Below, in pieces: positions 50,513 through 62,281 of a stretch of 64,000 nt of DNA. Source of the stretch: Balanoglossus misakiensis. Lineage: Eukaryota; Animalia; Hemichordata. Made by a program: the position numbers and the translations under genes. The DNA lies in contig CM082577.2 of NCBI GenBank assembly GCA_040954595.2, forward strand, positions 17,766,203 to 17,830,202. The letters are read 5' to 3'. Positions within the stretch are counted from its first letter, which is position 1; every line of letters begins with the position of its first letter. Below the pieces are notes generated by a model that ran no database searches, had not been told where the DNA came from, and saw nothing but the letters and a program-made list of their open reading frames with translations.

Positions 50513-51893
50513 GACACTCTACTTAAGATCTCGACATTGATATCAGTAACTCTGGTCAGACGTGTACTAGCTGACGCCAAGTCTCTGATAATCGTGAGAG
50601 AATCGTGTCCTTCGCCCTAAAATATGGAAATATGACTGTCCTTCGCTTTCCTTCGCCCTAAATTACTGAGCTACACTTGTCCTTCGGCCTCTAGCATACA
50701 GAAAACCTCGTCCTTCGGCCGAAAATAGGGATAAATCAGCGTCCTTCGGTTTCCTTCGCCCTAAATTACTGAGCTACACCTGTCCTTCGGCCACCAGCAT
50801 ACAGAAAACCACGTCCTTCGCACTAAAATACGGATAAATCAGCGTCCTTCGGTTTCCTTCGCCCTAAATTACTGAGCTACACCTGTCCTTCGGCCACCAG
50901 CATACAGAAAACCACGTCCTTCGCACTAAAATACGGATAAATCAGCGTCCTTCGGTTTCCTTCGGCAAAAATTACGGAGCTACACCCGTCCTTTGGCTTT
51001 AATTACTGAGCTAAACCTGTCCTTCGGCCTCTAGCATACAGAAAATCGTGTCCTTCGCACTAAAATATGGAAAAATCAGTGTCCTTCGCTTTCCTTCGGC
51101 CAAAATTACGGAGCTGAACCCGTCCTGCGGCTTTAATTACCGAACTAAACCTGTCCTTCGGCCACCAGCATAATTAATTACCGAACTAAACCTATCCTTC
51201 GGCCACCAGCATAGAGAAAACCTTTTCCTTCGCACTTAAATATGGATAAATCAGCGTCCTTCGCTTTCCTTCGGCGTTTAATTCGAAGCTAAACCAGTCC
51301 TTCGGCCACCAGCATAGAGAAAACCTTTTCCTTCGCACTAAAATATGGAAAAAACAGTGTCCTTCAGTTTCCTTCGGTTTCCTTCGTTTTAGTCTCACCC
51401 AATTTTCGTGCAGGTATTACAATCAATTAATTTCTTTAGGAGAGGTCAAAATGCTGCCCCCAGTAGTAATTTACACCATTGAGAATTTTTAATGCATCTT
51501 AGACGCTCCCTACAAAAGACACTACATATACAGAGATGTATAGCCATGGTAAATCACATGACAGGATATGGGTGTACGACTGTACGTACTGTTGGGCTAT
51601 ATTAATTTCTTGTTGATTCCGTTACCTTGTAATTGGCGTTGTGAATAAGGGTAAAGGAACAACATAATTGCTAGGGTTCTACAGCTATGAAAACGCTTGG
51701 TCTGGGTTGGGGTCAGGCGTCGAAGGCATCGACCCCACAAAACCAAAAAACCGCCACACCCCACCCCTACCCCCGCCCAAACCATGGTCCCGCTTGCCAA
51801 AGCCTATATACTAAGGACGGTATAGCATAGTAGACTTTCTACTCCCTTCGTGTGAGGGCGACCTTTTACCCAACATTCAACAGCACCGCCAAT

Positions 51894-51903
51894 CCGCCAT
51901 TTT
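51894..51903 (+). promoter_or_regulatory. YY1-like motif in ALYREF promoter/5'UTR
   Basis: CCGCCATTTT about 70 bp upstream of the ATG in CpG-richer sequence; fits the YY1 CCGCCATnTT consensus. Confidence 0.45.
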
Positions 51904-51970
51904 CTGAACTGAGTAGCGTCCTCGTGCTTTCATCTACGTAGGTGCAATCCTCTATCTAGGTTCTAACAAG

Positions 51971-52168
51971 ATGGGTGATAAAATTGACATGAGTCTCGAT
52001 GATATCATCAAACTAAACAAACCAACTGGTGGCAGGGGAAGAGGGCGCGGGGGACGTGGTCGCGGAGGTTCTTTCAGAGGACGTGGTCGTGGCGGCGGTG
52101 GTGGCGGTCCAGTACGAAATCAACGGACGCAACAAAGAGGAAGAGCAAGGCCCACGCCGTATTCTAGG
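51971..52168 (+). CDS. ALYREF: ALYREF/THOC4 mRNA export adaptor, exon 1
   Basis: [17 protein letters not shown] (N-terminal UAP56-binding motif), RGG tract, RPTPYSR|gtaagt. Model 51971-52168, 53547-53702, 54422-54569, 55191-55296, 55990-56128, 57923-57937 = 762 nt, 253 aa. Confidence 0.96.
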
Positions 52169-52755
52169 GTAAGTGAACATAAATTGGCCTAGAATTAAAA
52201 GTGGAAAGTCAATGTCAGGCTTGTACCTGTGTCGTAAATTGCAGAAACTTTTGGAAAATACCAAAAAAGTAATAGAAAGGCTTGGAAATCTGAATGAATC
52301 TGGGCGTTTGTACCGGTAAGGCCCAGAGGCGATGCAACAGACATCTAGGACCTGCCGCTATTATTATAATAGTGTAGTAAGTTGTTTCTAGTCGTTTTTG
52401 TCCACTTTGCGTCTAAAACTAACTTATAGAAACAAAGCGGACAAAACACGTCTACACACTATGCTCAAATTATAAATGGCTTGGTCCGTAAATTTACCGA
52501 ATTTTCTAGTATGGGAAGCCCTATGCCTAGGATCCTTGTACCCCTAATCTTATGCAGTATTGATTTACAATGGATCATTTGACCTGCAAGTGCTGTCTTA
52601 ATAATAGCAGGTCCACACACGTGTAAAATATAGCTACCAGATGAAAATAATGCAAATGTACATAAAGAAACAGGAAAAAAACTCATTAAATGTAACCCTT
52701 AGGGTTGGATCTTTGTTTATGATTGCTTTGAAATTTTGTAGGCACTTTGCTAGAG

Positions 52756-52779
52756 CATGGAGGTACTAGTACCTCCATG
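52756..52779. mobile_element. 24-bp perfect palindrome with 7-bp TSD (P-like excision footprint)
   Basis: GCTAGAG|CATGGAGGTACTAGTACCTCCATG|GCTAGAG. Confidence 0.7.
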
Positions 52780-52936
52780 GCTAGAGGTAGCCAAAGTAAG
52801 ATGTTATAAAATGTTGGTGAATTTGCATATTTTTGTTCTTGGGATGGGGCAATTTTTGCAAGTTTTCATGATAAATTGTTTTCTTATAAACTGATTTTTG
52901 GCATTGTTGAACAATATTGTTCTCTCTTATTCTTAA

Positions 52937-53376
52937 ACCCCGGTGCGGAAAGTCCTGGGGTTCGGATTAACGTGTGTTTGTATAGTTGTTTATTTGGGAG
53001 TGGTCGTCGTGCATAATGACTGTGTAATTGCTCTCATGTACACAGAAAATAATTGAACACTTCACACTTCCACGCGATTGACAACTGTTTGAATGGCATG
53101 GTTATTGTTTCCCAGGGACGCTTCTGAAAAGCACTGAAACCAGATTTCTCCCAAAATCATCGTTGTTTCATAAGCTCGTGTACTTTTTCGTCGATAACTT
53201 TATGCCGTGTGTGTTTATAAAGCCAACTACTGTCGTTGTGTGGTGTAATTCTTTATGCTTGGACCTGTTTGGGCCGATTTTCATAGAGCCAAGATCGTTA
53301 GTGTTGTCTGTTGTCAGTCAAACGGCATTAAGATTCGCCACTGATTTGGGGGGTCTTTTATACCCCGCACCGGGGT
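52937..53376. mobile_element. 440-bp TTAA-flanked MITE, copy 2 (inverted relative to 7289-7728)
   Basis: TTAA|ACCCCGGTGCGG...CCGCACCGGGGT|TTAA; near-identical to copy 1. Confidence 0.88.
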
Positions 53377-53546
53377 TTAAACACCCGACAAGAGTTTTAA
53401 ACTGCTTGTCGGATTGCTTTGAATTAGGTCATATCTGCTTGCCAAAGTCACCAGTGATTTTTATTCAAGTGTACACCTATTTCTGTGTAATCCCCAGGTG
53501 GAACTACAGTGGCCTTGACACTAGTATGTTTTTTTGTATCTTTCAG

Positions 53547-53702
53547 CCGAAACAAATGCCAGACCAATGGGAACATGATATGTTTGATGGAAGGGGAGGA
53601 GGCAGTATCAGACAGGGTAACTTTGGAAGACTAGGTACAATAGAACAGGGAAAATTACTGGTATCAAATTTAGATTTTGGTGTGTCTGATGCTGATATAC
53701 AA
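53547..53702 (+). CDS. ALYREF: ALYREF exon 2
   Basis: tttcag|CCG..CAA|gtaag; [13 protein letters not shown] (WxHD motif)...[18 protein letters not shown]. Confidence 0.95.
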
Positions 53703-54421
53703 GTAAGTTGCTAAATGGAAATCATTCCTGTATATTGAAATGTGTGTATGTCAAAAGTTACTCTATGATATGTACTATATTGATTATAACTTTGTGGAGA
53801 ATAAAGTTTTGGTCTCACAAAGTGGGATTACATGTCTTTTCATCTAGACAGGGAGGGTATTCACCCGGACCCCATGTTGACATGTTGGCACCGCCTAGCA
53901 ATTTCTCAAGGGTGACCAGTGACCCTTACAATTATATTTCACTCGCATGTGGAATATTACATTCCCCCCTTGCCAGAATGGACCCCCCCCCCCCCAAAAA
54001 AAAAGTGGATATGCATTTTGCCAATACAAATGCTATCTCACTTGAGGGAGTTGTGCTAGGGAGATCTACAGGTTTCACATATTTATTGGTGACATATGGA
54101 ACAGAATGTGTCCAATTGAAAAATTGTGTTACATGTAATACCTGCACAGACAGTACATTTACTGAAAGAGTTATTCGAGTCAGAATGAGAAAATGTGATG
54201 TCACTTCCATCAAACTCCTCCGTCTTCATTTCCTTCTGCTCACATTTGTGTGGGACGATGTTGTTGCTGAGTTGTGTTGATTGTAGGAGAAATTTGGTAC
54301 AAGCGATGATGAGCCATTTTTGTGAGAGGGGGTTGGGAAGATTCACTTTATTTCATTGTTATGCATGAATGCAGTAAATGAAAGAAGCAAAATGTTATTG
54401 ACACAATTTGTTTCCATACAG

Positions 54422-54569
54422 GAATTATTTGCAGATTTTGGTACATTGAAACGGGCAGCAGTGCACTATGACAGATCAGGGAGAAGTTTAGGAACAGCTG
54501 ATGTTGTATTTGAGAAAAAGGGTGATGCCATTAAAGCAATGAAACAGTACAACAATGTGCCTTTAGATG
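54422..54569 (+). CDS. ALYREF: ALYREF exon 3 (RRM)
   Basis: tacag|GAA..GATG|gtgag; [49 protein letters not shown]. Confidence 0.96.
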
Positions 54570-55190
54570 GTGAGTTACTCTCTTTGTTATCATTACAATT
54601 TGACATCAAATTATGGGGAAAATAAAGATTGCCCCTTTTTTAGGGTGGTAATTTTACCTTTGTTTTTCTTGACTTATAAAGACAAAAGAGATCAAGGGAA
54701 TAAATGTGTGGAGCTCATGTGTGAAAAATCAGAAAGGGTTGAGTTTTGCTTTACAGAGTTTGTTGCTCGCATATGAAAATTCTTACAAAAGTGGGGAGGT
54801 GTTGATTCCAGAGTTGAAGAAATAGTGATTTTCCATTCATGGTCAAATTTCTACAGTTGAGGTAAAAATTATTTTTTACCAAAATAGGGTGGTCAAATTA
54901 TTACAGCAGTCTAATAACAGGAATAATAATGGTATGTCACTTTGAATGTAGGTACAAGTCAGATTACTTCTGATGCTGCATCATGCAATGTGTGCTTGTG
55001 TCCATTATTGTATATTTTTGATGATGCCAGTGAATTTTTGAGCAAAAATAACAAATAAAGTGATTAGAAAGGCAACTGTGATAATACAATCAAAATGGAA
55101 ATGTGAGTAATTTATAATACTATCAAAGAAAGTTTTATAAATACTTTATAATTATCCTCAAAGTATCAATGGCGTGGATTTTTTTTTCAG

Positions 55191-55296
55191 GTAGGGCCAT
55201 GAATATTCAACTAGTCACATCAGCAAATGAAGCAGAACAACTTCAAAAGCGGCAATCCACAAGAGGTGGTGGTGGTGGTGGTGGTGTTGGAACAGG
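55191..55296 (+). CDS. ALYREF: ALYREF exon 4
   Basis: tttcag|GT..ACAGG|gtaagg; GRAMNIQLVTSANEAEQLQKRQSTRGGGGGGGVGT. Confidence 0.9.
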
Positions 55297-55989
55297 GTAA
55301 GGAATACACTATATTCATGACTTTTTTCATTTGAAGAGGTTATCTTGGAGGAGAATTATTTATGACACACAGACACAATTACAAGAGGACTTGAGTGAAA
55401 GAAAGAACAGGTGGATTTCGGTTGGGGAGCAAACAAGAGTTACTAAGTGTAGTATAAGACTGACATTGACATTGACAGTCTTGATGCAGACAAAAACCAT
55501 GCAGTGCTGGAAGAACCTAAAGCTTTTTGGCTTTGAAAGAAGCAATCTTCCTTGCCTTGCCTTGCTCTTTCGTGCTCATTTTACTACTTCACACATGATG
55601 TTCTGATTGTCTGCCATTACGTAGCCATGACTGAAATTCTCTCCTGCATTTTCACTAAATTTGGGGCACCCTCACAACAGAAGCAAGTAACTCCTACTGT
55701 ATTTCCTGACATCTCAAAACTTACGTATTAAACTTGCCATTTAGCAAACGTGCCATGACTGATTTTGCTCAACTGTGATTTGCTCGAGTATTTTATAATC
55801 CATGATTATCCAAAGACGTTTATGTTGTTGACAGTGACCAATTTTCAGCATATTTGTGTAGACTTCTCATTCACGTCTCAACATTGAACAGCATGTCATT
55901 TTATACCAAACAGGAAAGGCTTCTATCAAACGTGTCAGTCATACTCCATTTGTGTTTTGTCTTTAATATTTTTCTTTTTGTTCCAAAAG

Positions 55990-56128
55990 TTATTCTCGTG
56001 GTAACAGAGGAGGAAATAAAGTGCGGGGTCGTGGACGCGGTCGAGGAGGAGGAAGAGGTGGTGGACAGCAACGAAAAATAGTAACGGCCGAAGAACTTGA
56101 TGCACAGTTAGATGCCTACAACGCCAAG
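55990..56128 (+). CDS. ALYREF: ALYREF exon 5
   Basis: aaaag|T..AAG|gtatt; [43 protein letters not shown] (C-terminal UBM). Confidence 0.92.
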
Positions 56129-56169
56129 GTATTGATATTTGCTGTTCCTCTTGATTTGTAAATTGTCGT

Positions 56170-57584
56170 ATTGGTCATTATCATATGCTCATGCTGATAT
56201 CACCTCCTCCTAGTGACGTTTAACGTGAATATCACCACTTTTAGTGTGAAATGTCACCGGTTATATTTCACACTAAACGTCATCATTTCTTGCGCTGATA
56301 CCCGGAACTATGTTCATGAAAATGGCGACCTTAAATGTAAACAAACATAACTCGATACAGGGCCCGGTTTCATGAGATCTGATATACCGGTGTGCCGGTA
56401 GTCAACATCGAAAGTCATGGGGTTCTGATCGCCACGGACATGTGTTATAAATAAAAGATTTATCTTGTGTGATTGATTTAGAAAAAACCACGATTGTTAG
56501 TTACACCTGTAAAAAAATACCGCCTCGCTCAGACAGCAGGAAGAGATGTCAAACATCCTCGCCCAATCTTCATCCAAACACGTCGAAAATCGGGCAATTT
56601 CACATGTGAAATCTGGTTCGATCAGTCCAAGTACGTGTCAGATGGAAACGGCGACAAGGGTTGGTATATTTAGCGACGCAGTGATATATGGCGGCTCGTT
56701 CAATATCTGTACGTTTCCAATGCGACGTCGACGGGATCATCCTCCATGACACAGCCCCCACCACCGTACAAACGACGCCATCGTGCAGTCAGATATGACT
56801 CTCCGTGCTCATCAGAAAATTCACAAAAATGAACAGACTTTGAGACTCTTGAACTTTGAAATGAAAGGCCTCTGGCTTTATTTGCAATTAAACTAATTTC
56901 ATACCGATTTTGAATCTCATCGCGATGTTCATGACGTTCACTTGTTCTTGTTGTTGCACACCCCCAAAAATGTGTTCGATTCAAGTTCAATTTTCAAACG
57001 TTTTGTTGTTTTGCATGATGCAGAGCGGTCCTTGAACAATTTACTAGTCTAAAACATCTTTGACTTACCGATGTTGTCGTTTCCTATCGTTATTTTACAT
57101 CTTAACAGTTATCCTCATACTTTTACATAACCGCTACGCTAGCGCTACACTTTAAAATGGCGCGTCACGTCAACATCATCAGTCATGAATGAAGCCAATT
57201 TACAATGTTAAAGGGAAGGGGTCAATGCGCCGCGTGGGTGTCCCCCTTGATGAGAATATGTCCTCCCATATTACCAGCACAAACCTCACTGCAGTCGCCA
57301 TGACCTACTAAGATCTTCAGTTGCTGCCATGCCCAGTCTACACTACAGTTGGCTGCTTCGTTCATTCTAAGAATGATCTAATTTGTTGTGGATGAATTGT
57401 AATGTTTATAAACAAACGCGGCGCGACGACCCCTTCACTTTAGCAAAATAGCAATGTGCTAGGTGGAATAAAATAATTCATTTCGACTCGTGTGATGCGG
57501 CTCACAACCCACACTCGCGGCAAATATTGCCCAACAAGAGGTGATATGGGGCGATAACCTCATAATATCACATGCAAAGATTAA
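56170..57584 (+). mobile_element. Internally deleted Crypton-like element in ALYREF intron 5
   Basis: Subterminal inverted match ATATCACCTC (~56198) / GAGGTGATAT (~57538); ends TTAA; remnant peptide TASLRQQEEMSNILA..GIFSDAVIYGGSFNI resembles the C-terminal tail of Crypton tyrosine recombinases. Confidence 0.5.
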
Positions 57585-57922
57585 TTAATCAAATATGCAG
57601 AACCGTATTAGCCTTGCACTAATTTGGAACACTCACAATTTGGTGGTGCCAAACAGTTTGTGGGAAAATGTTGTGTAATCAGTCTGGTGAAAATCATCAT
57701 TGGTAATCAAACCTTTTATTTTTGGAGTCTATTCATCATCCATGTGCTAAAAGTTAACCTATATATAGTCAACCTTTCATCTACATGTACTAGGCTGAGC
57801 AATATCTACAGACTGGATCTTCCTTGTCTTGGTGGGCTTGCTCAGTAGTGTCTCCACCCCTCTTGAGTCTTGGTTAATCTTAATGTGAATAATTTTTTTA
57901 TTATCTCTTTTTTCTTTTACAG

Positions 57923-57937
57923 ATGGACACAGATTAA
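57923..57937 (+). CDS. ALYREF: ALYREF last coding exon
   Basis: Polypyrimidine tract ttttacag|ATG GAC ACA GAT TAA = MDTD* (human ALYREF ends MDTS). Confidence 0.88.
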   Translation: MDTD

Positions 57938-60900
57938 TGGACATCCCACCACCAAGCTTATCTTTCAGAACATCCTACTTGTAATACATGTGTTCATTGG
58001 CAGGGTTTGCACGCTTATGGAAAAGCCTGGAAAGTTCTTGACTGGAAAAAATAAAATATTCTGCTGGAAAGATTTGGAAAGTTGTTTGAGCTACTTACAT
58101 GTATACTACCATATGATGATAAAAAGACTGCATTAGTCACTCCTGGACTTCTGAATGAATGAGTGTATGAACCCTGACATTTTTACTGCACTGGACACTA
58201 GTTATTGCATTCTTTGTGAATCAGCAGCTAGTCATCCTGCAATAAGATGTTGTTACAAGTTTGATCTGTGAATTTATCCTTAGAACAGTTATAAATTATG
58301 TTTTTGTTATCTACTTCTCTTTGTTGAGTAGAGATTGTAATTTTTGTTTAAGGAAAAGTTTATCAGCCTTTTCTAAAACCAAAAAATGTAAAACGGTGAA
58401 GTACAAATATCTTATTTAAAATTAATTTCTGATGATAATGTGACTTTCAGCTGGGATATACAATGTATTTTGAAATCTTAGATGTTGTTTGGAACAGCTT
58501 TACCCCATTGTTATATCAAGACACCCAGTCCAAGTTATGTCTGTACATTATTTTAAAAGAACTGTTTTTTTGCGGCATGCGGAACCAATCATTGAATGTT
58601 ACCTATGTGTATTCTTATACTACATGTACCACAATATAACGTCAATTTTTAAATGAGATTGTGGTTGTCTTACAGCTATCAGAAACGTATACTTGGCAGC
58701 ATATTATTTCTGGAAATGAAGGCTTTCTCTGTAGCTTTTTTAGGATTTGATGTGATTTTAAAACCACTTAAAAGTGTCATAGCCAATTTTTTACGAGGAA
58801 AACCTAAATAGGAGACTTACGAGATTTTTTCTTGTTTTTTTTTCGGCGAAAATTCCATGCCCAGTTTTGTACATTTCTTCTTGGTATATTCAGTCATTCA
58901 GGACTTTCACCAACCACTTACCCAAGAGGTCATTCTCCCAGATTTTCAATGTTTCCAGACCCAAGTCATCTTTATGAATATCAGGGGTCTTAAGCTGGTA
59001 GAGAGGCTTCATTGTCAGTAAAAATCATGGATAAAAATCTTTTTGTGAAAAGACCGACGAATTACTTTGTTCCTTCAGTCCCCAATCCGCTATTGCTTGA
59101 TCCTACTCTTGGTAATTTTTTTCACAGAAATTGAACAGCTACATGTTTCTTAATGTTCATGATGTATGCTTCAGCCAGTTTGTTCATCCCAGACACAACA
59201 TGAAAAAAGAAATAAGATAATGCGGTCAGTTCAAGGTATACCACCATTGCTAATTTACATATGCATTTATTGTCAAAAGGGATTGATAACATAGATTTCT
59301 GTGTCTACTTTTAATGGAAATCGTGGTTAACATCTGCCATACCCTTTGTATTAATATTTGGATGTACCACATGAGTTTGGGTTCTGCAACCACTGCCAGT
59401 TATCTTTGTAGTTGCTATCATTTGGATTTGTGTTAATTGAAACGTATCACTGTGTTGTATTGCAACCTGCATTACTGCTGACAATAACCAAAGTTATTTT
59501 TGTGATTAAATGTTTTAATTCCCTGAAGCATCAGACTACATGACACCAATATTATGCATCAGCTGCCTGCCAGTCTGTGTTTTGATCCATGATGCCACAG
59601 TGAACATATTGTGCACCATACTGGTCTGTCATCTGTCATCCTGCTGATTGATGGCTTGCTGTGCAAATTTGTATTGGGGAGAATCTTGAACCTGATGGAA
59701 CTCTTGTTAGCATTTATGAAATTTGTATCATTGGAGTCTATGTTTGCTGCATTTGACCAAGCAAGCTTCCTGAAATGATGAGTGAGATTACTGTCGATTT
59801 TATTTGGGGAAGAGAATGTAAAAGTTGTCCGATATATGGTTTTCCCTCTGTTAGTCTTGTTTTTTTTGGATGAAGCTTCTCCTTAATATCCATTCATTGT
59901 TCCATGCACTTTTATTCTTGGTATTTATGCTGAGATCATTTTGTTGTTCATTCATGCATGCTCTGTCACCAGTACCATTGAACCTAGTTGACAAGGTCGC
60001 TGTCATTAAATTGTAAGTTTTAGTCAGCCAACAGAAATGTTATGACATTCACACCTGAGAACAGATTGATTTATCACACATTGCTTATAGTAATGATTAT
60101 GAATCATAGTTTGAGGGATTGATGCAAATATCGAACGAGGTCAGTCTGTAGCTACAGTGCAGTCTAACACAGTAACAACTTCATAATAGTTTATTATACT
60201 GTGCTGAGTTGGAATAAATGAGGTATATGTTCTCCTGGCTTTTATTGTCCTCTCATTTGCCATGATGATGACCAAGTTTTGAGATATTTTGTTTTATTGA
60301 GTTCATTGGAAATGTATTTTACAAGAAATTGTTGCTTTTTGTTGTTTTGTATTCCACTCTTCAAGTCGTAAATACCATATTAAACCTAAACTTTTCATAA
60401 ACTCTTCTGCTTCCTGTGTTACATGATTGTTATGTACATGCAACATACATATACACAATCTGGTAATTATATCACACTTTCGAAGAACAAGGAACTACTG
60501 TAGTCACATGTGGTTCCAGTGACAGGTTACGGTAAGGGAAAGGGTATATTCAACATTTTGAGTTAGTGTAAGTTTGGGGTTAATTCGAATTGTTTATTAC
60601 ATGTCATATCATTATATCAATCAATCAACCAATAAATAAATAACAACAAACAAACACACGCACTCACTACAAACAAGGAGGAAGTTTATAGTTCCCTGTC
60701 AGTGTCAAAACACAAAACTGTATACAAGAAAAACTGCAGTTAATAGCTGCACATATTCAAGAAATTCATAGATACGTTAGAAACAGACGATAGTGTCCCC
60801 AATGCGGATCTATTCTTGAAAATATAAATGTCAATATAGTGCTTCCCCAAAATAAAGTAATTCTCACATGTGATAAATTGATGACCCCATAAAAATCCTC

Positions 60901-61274
60901 TGGTCCCCTGGAAGTAAATTGTGAAACCTCCCAAACTAATGCTGCTTGAACTTTGAGACAGGAAGCCTGAAGGAGATAAATGCAAGCACATGACATAAAT
61001 TGTTTCTTTGCACACAATCCACAAGTCAAGAGTCCATTCATCCCAATAAACCGTATAACGCATATACCAGGGCTTATACTCTTCCGCGTCGAAAAAAAAC
61101 AAGAACCCATATGCCTATGTACTTGCGAGAAACTTGTTATGTCTTCCTAACTGAACCCCTTTCAGTTGTAATATGGTGATATCATAGATACACCAGTGCA
61201 ATAATATATTACGAATGAAACAGAAATTGAACAACTGCGCATGAATATGAAGGACAAGTGTACATGTACTGAAC

Positions 61275-61357
61275 TATAATTCGCCATATTGGCAAGCTGC
61301 AGTTTCCGCATTCTTGGTCGGTGCATGTGCTGGGCGATAGTTTATACAGTGTGGACG
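61275..61357 (+). other. Probable non-coding first exon of Rho-GDI
   Basis: CGCCATATT YY1-like motif at 61282, TGCGCATG upstream, strong donor ACG|GTGAGT at 61357/61358; coding exon has an acceptor 16 nt before its ATG. Start position approximate. Confidence 0.5.
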
Positions 61358-61728
61358 GTGAGTGTGGTATTTTTCTTACGACAGTTAAACGACTGTCACT
61401 TTTAACAGTGTTCTACATCATCTGTATAAATTTAAGTGACACTGGGTGACATTTTGACTAAAGATTGTATGTCATCGCTCAGGTTTTGACTCAACCTCAA
61501 TAGGGCGTGTTCCCGGAAGTCTCGCGGTCGAACAAATTTATTTGGTGATCTTTTTCGGATGCATTTTATTTTCCTGGTGTGAAATCGTCTGTCGGGGATG
61601 TTTTGAAAATAGCCTTAAAGGATGAACGTACATAGGTCACAATTATCCGTAGGAGGACCCCAATATGACAATCGGGTATGATTTAGCAACTTCCCCTTGC
61701 ATTTGCAGTGTGTAGCTGGTGTATGTTC

Positions 61729-62281
61729 TAACCCTGCGTACAGGTCTGTGTGTTCCCGGCGTTACACGGCCTCCACCCACAGCCCTGCAAGGCGCCATAG
61801 AAAAAACTGGTGCTTCTGCGGTCCGGATCCGGACCGCAGCTTTTTCGGCCGAAATTCGATTTTATCGAAGCAAAATCCTTTCCCTGTCTACTTCTGCCTC
61901 CTAACCGACTCCAAATATGATGCGATTAACTTGTCCTAACGTCCGAACCACTCGCGTTTGATTTATTTTTGTGTGTTTACATGTTGAGATCGCCATATTA
62001 AATATAAGGCTTACAGCGAGTTTATCTCCATGGGTAAACATAAAAATTTAAGAAAGCGAGTGGTTCGGACGTTAGGACAAGTTAATCGCATCATATTTGG
62101 AGTCGGTTAGGAGGCAGAAGTAGACAGGGAAAGGATTTTGCTTCGATAAAATCGAATTTCGGCCGAAAAAGCTGCGGTCCGGATCCGGACCGCAGAAGCA
62201 CCAGTTTTTTCTATGGCGCCTTGCAGGGCTGTGGTGGAGGCCGTGTAACGCCGGGAACACACAGACCTGTACGCAGAGCTA
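61729..62281. mobile_element. Palindromic MITE with ~225-bp TIRs and 10-bp TSD (AcademH-like)
   Basis: GTGTATGTTC|TAACCCTGCGTACAGG...CCTGTACGCAGAGCTA|GTGTATGTTC; arms 61729-61954 and 62056-62281 almost perfectly complementary. Confidence 0.88.

Larger units (their letters stand above)
49215..51400. mobile_element. Foldback-type element with inverted arrays of CGAAGGA motifs
   Basis: 8-bp TSD AATTTTCG (49207-49214 / 51401-51408); arms begin CTAAAACGAAGGAAACCGAAGG eight bases in from each end; CGAAGGA arrays on left, TCCTTCG arrays on right (103-bp unit). Confidence 0.75.

Noticed and set aside
50608-51390. Repeat-spacer pattern resembling a CRISPR array
   Set aside because: The repeat is only 7 bp, spacers recur rather than being unique, there are no cas genes, the context is eukaryotic, and it sits inside a TSD-bounded foldback element.
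53163-53546. N-terminal part of the 183-aa ORF, shared with ORF 7218-7502
   Set aside because: Chance open frame through the 440-bp MITE; only 53547-53702 is ALYREF coding.
53708-54280. 190-aa ORF in ALYREF intron 2
   Set aside because: No recognisable domain, non-ATG start, no splice compatibility with flanking exons.
55337-55394. Possible poison exon in ALYREF intron 4 (GYLGGELFMTHRHNYKRT*)
   Set aside because: Would require an upstream intron of only ~40 nt, too short to be plausible without transcript evidence.
61697-62260. Paired ORFs with identical peptides on opposite strands
   Set aside because: Consequence of the MITE's long inverted repeats.
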